DNA from: Spizellomyces punctatus DAOM BR117
Taxonomy: Eukaryota
Assembly: GCA_000182565.2 (NCBI GenBank)
Contig: KQ257458.1
Strand: one strand, 5' to 3'
Length of the DNA stretch: 64,000 bases
Both the position numbers and the translations under genes were made by a program. The notes beneath the pieces are model-generated. The model saw only the letters and a list, made by a program, of their open reading frames with translations. It was not told the DNA's origin and ran no database searches. Positions 27,388 to 36,812 of this stretch are shown in pieces (positions within the stretch are counted from its first letter, which is position 1; each line of letters starts with the position of its first letter).

Positions 27388-30300
27388 ATGGCGACCAGCA
27401 GCAGCTGCAGCGACCATGACCGTGGTAGCAGTGAGGACGACTTACTGATCGCGGGTCGTCCAGCAGCAGCATCTGCCAAGCGAAAGATGCTTCTACCTGC
27501 GACCACAGAAGACAGTTTTTCTGAAGATGATCCTAGCACAAGAAAAAAGGCAAGAAAACCCTTGGGGAAAAAAACAAAACCCACTACCGTCCAAACAGCT
27601 CTCAGACGAAAAAAGCGCAAGTTGCCGCCGGCGACCGAAGGCAGCGAAGATGAAAGTAAGTCGTCAAAGGAAAATCGTGCAGCGGCGGCAAGCATGGAAG
27701 AAGCAGAGTTCGTGAGCGGAACGCGTGTGCTCGAATACATGCGTGTGGCGTACACTGGTGCCCGCATCGGTGATTTGCTCGAAGGTACAAACCCGGTGAC
27801 CAAAGGCGCACTGATGCGCGTTTGTCAATCCAACATCTTGCCGATGAAGCGCAAGCTGAACAAGATACGCGCGGAACCAGCCCTGTGGCGCGCCTTTTTG
27901 CGTCAACTTGGTACGCTCGCTTTTTTTGCCAACATGACCGAAGTCGAGCGCGGCATATGGTTGGCGGAACATGAACAAGGCAAGGAGCGTATGGGAAGCG
28001 AAGACGACGAGGACCTCAATTCTGTGCGATTTCAAATTCTCGGACTTGGTTCGAGCGTACTGGCATCCGATGTCATTTCCCCGTCAGATGTCGATCAACT
28101 GATGGAAGATAATCCGCGCGAATGGCAAGGTGTCGATGTGGCACGTATGATTCCAGCCAACAACGAATCCAACAGCAGCACAGAAGGGGGTCGTCACACC
28201 CTTTTTTTCATCAAGGGTTGGTGGAAGATTTCTACGGATGCTCAAATCATTCCTTCATTCGAAGGCCCGACAATCGATCTCGCGCGAGGCGCTCTTTCTC
28301 TTGGCAACGCAGTGGAAGCGGCAGCAGCATCAACTCAATTGTTTCGAATCGAAGGCCTGAACGTGGAAGGCGCGAGTGAAGAGGATCGCCTGCCCATTGC
28401 AGTTCGCGTCCCAATCGGTGCTCCGGTGGTAACCAAGTTTGACAGTTTGATCGACTCGCACATCCTTCCCTTGTGGTGCAGTTTCGACGAATCATCGAGA
28501 GTTGAGTTGGTTCGTGCGCAGGTGCAGTTTGTCCAAAGGCAACTGAATCGGTACGCCGCATCTGCACTCAAGTCGCTTTTGCAGAAATTGATTCGCTTTC
28601 CATCGAGGCAAGTGACGGAATTTTTTCCGAAAGCGCTTCAGATGACCGATGGACAGCTAATGGAACTAGAAGAGGAGAGAAAGAAAGAAACCCTGGCAGC
28701 GTGTAGGGCAATCGATACCCGACTGGTTTTGTTGGTGACCAGTTGCATGTTGCTCGGGAAGCCCATGTCTTTCAATCCCGACATCGGTCGACAGGTGTCG
28801 GGTCTCGAAAGCTTTCTCAAGCGCCTGGCCATCATCTTGTTTGAAGACTCTTCGTTCGACGACGAAGGGGCAAGTGCACTATCACTCATGGCCGGTGCGT
28901 TGATGGCACAGCGCGTGCGAAGCTGGCGACCGACAAGTGCGCTTTTGTCGCAATGGTTACGTACCGCCCTACAGGCATGGGCAACTCCGCTGTGTTTTCG
29001 ATACGACATCGAAGCGGGTGCAGCAATCGAGCCATATGCAATCGGACTCAACACAACCGCGATTCAAGCCACCTCGGCACTTCTGGACGCGCTCAAGAGT
29101 TTTCCAGGCGATTTGGCAATGGTGCGCTTCATCGCCAGCAAACCGGATGTCGCTGTGCTGCGGTTCAATGCTGGGGTTGCTGGAAGAAATCGAGATGCAT
29201 GGCATGGATTTCAAAATCTGCCGATCTATCACGCATGGGACCAGCACTGCGCAGCCAATATCGGCTATTTTTTCGATCCGCAGTTGGTGCGCCGGCTTTG
29301 TGCCACATCACCGCCGGGCAAACCTTTTAGTGCCTTGTTTGAGCGCTTGTTCAAAGAGGTGACAGGCGCAAACCCACGACGTACGGTGCTCGAACAAGAG
29401 ACATTCGAAGCGCTGCCGTTTGTCGCGCCACACGCGCTGCACAACGTCGCGTCCTGAGCCGAACTGGTGGATCNNNNNNNNNNNNNNNNNNNNNNNNNNN
29501 NNNNNNNNNNNNNNNNNNNNNNNNNNNNNNNNNNNNNNNNNNNNNNNNNNNNNNNNNNNNNNNNNNNNNNNNNNNNNNNNNNNNNNNNNNNNNNNNNNNN
29601 NNNNNNNNNNNNNNNNNNNNNNNNNNNNNNNNNNNNNNNNNNNNNNNNNNNNNNNNNNNNNNNNNNNNNNNNNNNNNNNNNNNNNNNNNNNNNNNNNNNN
29701 NNNNNNNNNNNNNNNNNNNNNNNNNNNNNNNNNNNNNNNNNNNNNNNNNNNNNNNNNNNNNNNNNNNNNNNNNNNNNNNNNNNNNNNNNNNNNNNNNNNN
29801 NNNNNNNNNNNNNNNNNNNNNNCAGATTCAGAGCGATAGAGGAGGAGCGATGCAGAGGCGCGCGAGATCTTGGCGCAAGGTGTACCCCTCCGCTCCATTC
29901 CAGCGCCGGTGCCGCAACTCAAGGTCTGCTCGGCCGTGTGGGATGTGCAGAGAAACGAGTACTGGATTGTGACGAAAAACGGTCGCGATCGCACGCTGTG
30001 GAACGAAATGCGCCATCTGAAACTACAGGTGCCCGTGCATTCGCGAATCGAATCGGATGCGGATGAAGTGGCATTGAGCTACCACGGCGATGGAATTCAG
30101 GAGCGAGCAATTCAAGGTCTGGAGGAGCTGATTGCCGCTCCTCCAGAACCCGTACTCAATCGTGTCTTGTACTACCTTGATACTTTCAACCGTGACGTGG
30201 CGCTCAATGACATTGCACGCGACGGAGCCGGCATGGAGTACCAGGTCAACCTGTGGGATGCGTTCACCTACCGCTGGCTGTTGCGTTTTTCGACTCTGTT

Positions 30301-31819
30301 TCCAGGTGCACTTCGCCCTATACCTCATCGTCTCAATTGTTTTATAGTCCCTAATGGCCCGCTTCTGTGGTTTCTGTTTGGTCGCATCCAGACACTTGTC
30401 AAGAATCGACGCAACGAACAACGTACCAATGCGGCGTTCGGACACGCTGCAGCTGCAGCCAATGGCGATGGTGGCCAGTGGAACTATACTGCATGGCGAT
30501 CGCCTTTTGCTCCGTGGTTGCATCAACAGGAGGCCGTGCGAGACATGGAAGTTCGACGCGAAAAGGGTCGTCGCAATCATTACTTGCACGCTCCTATGGG
30601 CGCCGGAAAGACGCTCATCGTCTCGCTCTACATCTTGCATCTCGCACAACGTGGTTTACTGCCGCGTCATATCGTGTGGACCCTACCTGGCGAGGCAATC
30701 GAGAGTGTATCGGGAGAGCTCAATGCATTTGGCTTTCAAGTGGATTGGATGCTGCCGCAGAAGGACAGTTCGAAAAAGGTCATTCCGGAAGGCGTCACGA
30801 AGCAGGCGAACGTACAAGGACTTAGGCCGCACGTCATTACGTTGATCGAGCACGATGATTTGCGCAAGCTTCCGGATCTATTACGATCGCTGGCCGACGA
30901 ACTGTTTATCGTCGTGGATGAGGTGCACAAAACTCTAGCGGCCACGCAGCGTACTACGATAACATTGGAGATTGCCCGCTTGGCACGTGGAGGTTGTGTG
31001 GCGATGACTGGTACGCCCACGGTCGACAACAAGATTTACAAGCTCGTGCCGTGGCTCAGTTTGATGGTGCGCTTTCCCGTCAATCTGAGAAACTTTTGGG
31101 CTGCCTGCAATAGCATGGTGTCGCAACAGGTGGATACGGGCATTCGGGTGCATATGCAGGAGGTGGAAGCGCAGTGGACTTCTCGTGAAGAAGAACAGCG
31201 TTATCGTTCGCTGGTACCTGACAAGTTGGGAGGCACGAATTCCCATGCGTCGCAAAAGGATATCGATCAAGCCAAGAAACTGTGTTACAACGCATGTACC
31301 CAACACATGGTGCAACTGACGCTCGACTTGCTTCACGACAAGTTGCATTACGGGAAAGTCGAACAGTGGAAAGGCGGCGTGTTTTTGGAGGCCAAAGATG
31401 AACAGCATCAAAACGAGCTGATCGCTGCGCTTGTGCGTGAAAGTCGCAAGCGAGATGATGTTCGCGTACTCACCGAGGGCGACATTTTCAAGATTACCGG
31501 TGGCGCAAGTTTGCATCTGACGGACAAGACTGTGGCACTGGGCGAAGTGAAAGACTACCCCATTGTGATTACCACGACTCGAAAATCCGCGGGGTACACG
31601 CTGTCTCGTCTAAAGGCTTTTGTCTCGTTGGTATATCCTTCAAACCTTGCCACTCGTCTCCAACTTGCCGGGAGACTGAATCGTCTGTCGCAGGCGGCCA
31701 AGGAGCTCGACTACTACAAGGTGCACATCGGCCTACTCACGTCCATCCTGCACTACCATGACCAAGCCGCTTCAATCGACAAAGCGCTTAAAGACATGGG
31801 TGTGCGCATCCCTACTTAA
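27388..31819 (+). CDS. Large, apparently intronless protein: unknown N-terminal domain + C-terminal SF2 DExH helicase; probably one gene split by a gap
   Basis: ORFs 27388-29457 and 29870-31819 flank the gap on the same strand. Helicase motifs: WLHQQEAV, APMGAGKT, IVVDEVH, AMTGTP, SAGYTLS, QLAGRLNR. Basic NLS-like RRKKRK near the N-terminus. Frame breaks occur only within ~50 nt of the gap edges. Confidence 0.8.
29474..29822. other. Assembly gap (N run)
   Basis: Run of N. Confidence 1.
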
Positions 31820-31869
31820 TGCCATTTGTTTTGCAGTTTAATGAAGACATGGCAACTAGTTTTGTTTTT

Positions 31870-32193
31870 CTAGGCTATTTCAACATCGAGATGGGTGCAC
31901 ACACAGAGGACACTTCTGTCGGAATTGGTAACCTGCATGCAAGGCCTAAGTGTAGCAATGGATGGGACCATACAGTTGCTCATAGCATCAATACAACAAA
32001 GAAAACTTGCCCTGAAGCACTTGATTGCATGTGTAAGTGCCATGGCAAGGTCACCAATGAGACAATGCCATGGCCGATCATTCCATCTTGGTGTTTGGCT
32101 GCAAGGGATGGCCAGACACAGAAAAGATTTGATTCTTCCATTAAAAGAAGGGGGTCCAGTGCTTGTGGTAGATGAATTTGTGTGTGAAAGCAA
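31870..32193 (-). pseudogene. Possible small decayed ORF convergent on the helicase gene
   Basis: 107-codon open frame ending 50 nt from the helicase stop; many Cys/His/Met codons of the TGY/CAY/ATG type expected from CpG decay; no recognisable domain. Confidence 0.25.
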
Positions 32194-32358
32194 GGCAACA
32201 ACAGAGAAAGCTATGGCATGCAGGACATGTCTGTCACTACCTGACTATTTCAAATATCTTATAAATCATTAGATAGGTTAAAAATGAAAGTTAAGGCATG
32301 AAAGAGCTTACCTTGTAAGATGATAAACTATTAAATATATAGGGTATAGTTTATAATA

Positions 32359-32587
32359 GGTTCTGAGCCCTGATAGCTATCACTGATATTTTCCTGCTTC
32401 AAATCTCTTTCCTGATGGCCACACCATCTTCCTGACAGACCAGACCTATCCTCTTCCCAGCCTCATATTTGGACCACCTACCACACCAGGATGATTTCAC
32501 CTCTTTCCCAACAGCAAATCCATACACCAAATCAGCTCAGACATGTCAAACATGGACTTGGACACCAAACTCACAATGGAAAAGTTC
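32359..32587 (+). mobile_element. Ty1/copia fragment A (PBS, leader and gag start) interrupted by the gypsy element
   Basis: Near-identical to 37324-37547, including GGTTCTGAGCCC and MSNMDLDTKLTMEKF; ends abruptly at the TGTAACA of the gypsy LTR. Confidence 0.9.
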
Positions 32588-33043
32588 TGTAACAGAATTC
32601 TTCTGTTAGTTACTTTGTCTTTAGTTAGTCAGTCAGTAGTATCAGTAGTGTAGTAGTTTGGACTTAGAGATTTTCAGTGCAAGTCCATTAGTCTTAAAAT
32701 GGCAGGCACACATCTCTGAAACAAATGTTAGTAAGGAGGCAGGCCTAAAGGTTGATTTACCTAAATTAGGCAAGTCATACTCCTGAAAGGAAAATGTGAG
32801 TCAGAGACACGTGTCTGAAACAAATTCCCCTTACTGAGCTGCAGAAAATAATTTTTGCTGCAAAGATAAGGAGGATACATTGTGACTCAGTAGTTTAGAA
32901 GTCTTTTCATTGGTTAGAGATAAAACTGAAGCCTTGGCATTTTTGTCTATAAAAAGGGAGTGTTCCCACACCCCCCTCTAATAGAATAACCAAGTTTTCC
33001 CCAAGTCTTCCTAGTCTTCTTGTTCCTGCTGCCAATTGTTACA
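32588..33043 (+). repeat. Gypsy 5' LTR
   Basis: Termini TGTAACA...TGTTACA; TATAAAAA box; immediately followed by a TGG-initiated PBS. Confidence 0.9.
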
Positions 33044-33275
33044 TGGTAGCACCACCAAGATCAGTAAGAACTTAGACCCACAGACCTGTTTAGGAGCTCC
33101 CTCCTAAACAACCACCAGACCTGTGCTCAGGAGCTCCCTCCTAAGCAACCCCTAGAAACCTGTCTATCCCAGACAGTTCAGCCCTTGTTGCAAGTAACAT
33201 TGCAACTCCCATTTATCACTTAGCATCCACCACTGGTGAATTGTACCCTATTGCAAGTAATATTGCAATTACAAG

Positions 33276-34211
33276 ATGAGTTCTCCCCAGGAGCAAGCCC
33301 TCTTCCAGGCCATCCTTGACTTGGATGAGACCACAGCCAAAGAACAACTGTACCAAGCAAGACTCCAGCAGTTCACCATGCCAGCCAGCACCAGCACCCC
33401 ACCCCAGGACTCAGCCAGAGTTGACAAGACCCTTGTCAAAGTCCTCCAGAGCAAGCTAAGGACCTACAAGGGGCAGAGGAAGGTCCAAGAACTTAGGACC
33501 TACATCACCAGACTTGAAGAATACTTCCAAGCAGCCACCAACCTGTCACCCCAAGCCCAACTCGTGGTTGCCACAACCTACCTGGAGCTGTATGCTGAAG
33601 TCTGGTGGCACAGTCATGTGAAGAGCCACCCTGAAGGTCAGCCTGGAAGAATCACCACCTGGGATGAACTCAAGACAGCCCTCAGAGCCTACTTCCTCCC
33701 TGCCAATGCTATGAGGTCTGCAAGAGACCAACTAGCAAAGCTTAGGCAGATGGGCTCTGTTCAAGAATATCTCACCAAGTTTAGCACCCTCTGCTTGGAG
33801 ATTGATGACTTGTCTGAGGCTGAGAAGTTGGACAAGTTTATCAGAGGTCTCAAGCCCAGAGTTCAAGAGCAGCTGGAACTCAACCCAGGATCCACTCTCA
33901 ACCTGGCCACAGCAGCAGCAGTAGCAGACAGAGTGGACCAAATCCAGTACTCCTACAGTAGGAAGCACACCCATGGTTCCAACCAGCCCCAGTTCCACTG
34001 GAACCAGAAGCCTCAAGAGATGGGAGTGGTCCCCATGGAGATTGACAACATCAGCACCTCCAACCAGCTCAAGCTCAACAGACTCACTGAAGCTGAGAAG
34101 GTTGAACTCAGGAAGAAGGGAGCCTGCTTCAGGTGCAGGAAACCAGGACACATAGCAGCATTCTGTCCCCTCAAGAAACCTCAGCAGGGAAATGGCAAGG
34201 AGACTCAGTAG
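33276..34211 (+). CDS. gag: Gypsy Gag (intact, 311 aa)
   Basis: Retrotransposon gag motifs (AEVWW, LRQMGSVQEY, KFIRGL) and zinc knuckle CFRCRKPGHIAAFC. Confidence 0.9.
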   Translation: MSSPQEQALFQAILDLDETTAKEQLYQARLQQFTMPASTSTPPQDSARVDKTLVKVLQSKLRTYKGQRKVQELRTYITRLEEYFQAATNLSPQAQLVVATTYLELYAEVWWHSHVKSHPEGQPGRITTWDELKTALRAYFLPANAMRSARDQLAKLRQMGSVQEYLTKFSTLCLEIDDLSEAEKLDKFIRGLKPRVQEQLELNPGSTLNLATAAAVADRVDQIQYSYSRKHTHGSNQPQFHWNQKPQEMGVVPMEIDNISTSNQLKLNRLTEAEKVELRKKGACFRCRKPGHIAAFCPLKKPQQGNGKETQ

Positions 34212-34371
34212 AGAAGTGGGTCCCACCCTCTACTGGGGAAGACCCCAAGGACCTGCACCCTGATTTGAACACTATGGTACCCTCTCCTGTTACAACAACC
34301 TTTGACACTTTGGACCCTCTTGTTATACCACCCTGCACTATGGCTATTCAAGGATTTTCCTTGAAGGAGCT

Positions 34372-34632
34372 GCCCCAGAACACCCAGAAGACCCAGGACC
34401 CTCAGACTACCCAGAACCACCAGAACCCCCAGAACACCAGAGAACCCAAGAAGTCTAGACAACCTCAGAGGCCTAGAGACACCACAGAACCCCAGAACCA
34501 CCAGAACCCCCAGGACACCAGAGAATCCCAGAACCCTGGGAGAACCCAGGACACTAGAAAAACCCAGAAACCCAGGACACCCCAGAACACCAGTAAAACC
34601 CAAGAAACCCAGAACTGCCCAGTACCCCAGGA
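34372..34632 (+). repeat. Degenerate ~9-nt tandem repeat in pol upstream of the protease
   Basis: Recurrent CCCAGAAC/CCCAGGAC/ACCAGA units encoding PQNTQKTQDPQTTQNHQNPQNTRE... Confidence 0.75.
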
Positions 34633-35041
34633 ACCAGAAGTTGCCCCATATTCTTTGGGCAGGACCCCAGGAACAGCTATCCCCAGGAACCACCTCCTCA
34701 TTGTCCAGGGCTCAGCTCAAGGCATCCCAGTCACCATCCTCTTGGACAATGGAGCTGACCAGTTCTATGTCTCTCAAGACTTTGTGAGGAAGGCACAGCT
34801 TACTGTAGAGCCCCTGGCAGGAGCTGAGATCACCATGGCAGACAACAAGAAGTACCCAGGAACTGGCTTTGTTAAAAGCCTACAGTACTCTGTTGGCACC
34901 TACTCTGAGATATCTGACTTCATAGTGGCACCTGTGAAGTTTGATATGATCTTAGGAGTTCCCTGGTTTGCTTGGAGGAACCCCAGTATCAACTACCAGA
35001 AGGGAACCATCACCTTTGAGACCTCCCAGCACCCTAGAGTC

Positions 35042-35289
35042 TGTTAGCTAGTGAGGGTATATTCCTATAGGGAATGTATTAGTGATAGAGAGTAGGAACA
35101 GAGTGAACTATACTCTTGTATAGATGTAAGTCTATTGTATGTTGAGAAGTCACTATTGAATATACTACTAGCGATGCAAGAGAAATCTAATGATGCGCGT
35201 GGCGCATGTGGCGCGTGGCACAGTGAAGATGCACCCGCGTGGCGTAGCAGTTAAGTGGCTTAGAGGTCTGCTACCTGTGATCGCTAACA
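35042..35289 (-). mobile_element. Solo LTR (248 bp) with 5-bp target-site duplication
   Basis: Termini TGTTAGC...GCTAACA; GAGTC at 35037-35041 and 35290-35294. Removing it restores the pol frame [10 protein letters not shown]. Orientation is tentative. Confidence 0.9.
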
Positions 35290-36812
35290 GAGTCAGGTGG
35301 TTTGCCAACACTGTACCAGCACCTACCACCCCCAAGCCAGAACCCAATATCACCATGGTATCAGCAAAGATGTTGGCCAGAACCCTGAAGAAGAGGACAG
35401 CAACAGCTTTTGCTGTGTATTTCAAGAACCCTCAAGATACCAGTACCCCACCAGACACCATGGATTCCAAAGTCACCAAGCTTCTTGAAGACTATCAAGA
35501 TGTCTTTGCTGAAGAGCTTCCCCCAGGACTTCCCCCTGAGAGAACAGTGGATCACAGAATTGAACTCAGTGACCCCAACCAGACCCCCTGGAGACCAACC
35601 TACCACCTCTCTTCTTTGGAGTTAGAAGAACTGAGGAAGCAGCTGTCTGAACTTCTGGAGGCAGGCCACATCAGACCATCCAAGAGCCCCTTTGGAGCAC
35701 CCATCCTCTTTGTCAAGAAGAAAGAAGTTTCTTTGAGGATGTGTGTGGACTACAGGGCTCTGAACAAGATCACCATCAAGAACAGATATCCCCTCCCCAG
35801 GATTGATGAGCTGATGGACAGACTGAATGGAGCCCAGGTCTTTACCAAGCTGGATCTCAAGTCAGGCTACTACCAGATCAGGATCCACCCAGAAGACATC
35901 CCCAAGACAGCTTTCAGAACCAGATATGGTCACTTTGAGTTCTTGGTCATCTCCTTTGGAATGACCAATGCCCCAGCCACTTTCATGACTTTGATGAATG
36001 ATGTTCTAAGACCCTTCTTGGACATCTTTGTCATTGTCTACCTAGATGATATCCTCATCTACTCCAAGACCCCAGAAGGCCACCTGGACCACTCAAGCAG
36101 GTTCTGCAAGCCCTCAGGCAGAACAAGCTGTATGCCAACCCCAGCAAGTGCCAGTTCTTCAAGCAAGAAGTAGAGTTTCTTGGCCATGTAGTCTCACATG
36201 AAGGAGTCAAGCTTGACCCCCAAGAAAGTGCAGACTGTTCAAGAATGGCCCACCCCCAAGAGTGTCACTGAAGTCAGACAGTTCATGGGACTAGTGAACT
36301 ACTTCCATAGCTTTCTGAAGGACCTGGCAAAGCAAGCTGCACCATTGACAGACCTGTTGAGGAATGACAAGCCCTGGACCTGGTCTGAACCTCAGGAGAA
36401 AGCTTTTCAGCAGCTGAAGAATATGGTTACCAAAGCTCCTGTACTGAGACCCTTTGACCCAGCCTTGCCTACCACTGTCTTCCCTGATGCCTCAGGTTAT
36501 GCAGTTGGAGCATGGCTTGGACAGGATGATGGGAAAGGCATGAGACCAGTTGCCTACCACTCCAGGAAGATGGCCCCAGCAGAGACCAGATATGACACCA
36601 GAGAACAAGAGCTGTTAGCCATCCATGATGCCCTCAGAGTTTGGAGGCCCTACCTGGAAGGAACACCCTTCAAAGTTATCTCAGACCACCAGTCCCTCAA
36701 GTGGCTACAGAACCAGCCCTTCTTGACCAGAAGACAAGCCAGATGGGTCATGAACTTCCAATCTTTTGACTTTGAGTTTGGTTATGGCCCAGGAAGACTC
36801 CACACAGTGGCA

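Larger units (their letters stand above)
32588..36812 (+). mobile_element. Ty3/gypsy LTR retrotransposon, truncated after RNase H
   Basis: LTR, PBS TGGTAGCACC, gag with CCHC knuckle, protease LLDNGA, RT ([18 protein letters not shown]), RNase H (DASGYAVGA, EQELLAI, SDHQSL); integrase absent. Confidence 0.95.
34187..36812 (+). pseudogene. pol: Gypsy Pol (PR-RT-RH), disrupted
   Basis: In the -1 frame relative to gag. Broken by the solo LTR at 35042, a 1-nt loss near 36090 and a 1-nt gain near 36220; cut by the copia LTR at 36813. Confidence 0.9.

Noticed and set aside
34372-34632. Repeat array considered as CRISPR-like or satellite DNA
   Set aside because: No repeat-spacer structure; it is a degenerate coding repeat within gypsy pol.
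34205-34701. Hydrophobic antisense ORFs over the pol repeat
   Set aside because: Shadow frames of the C/A-rich repeat.
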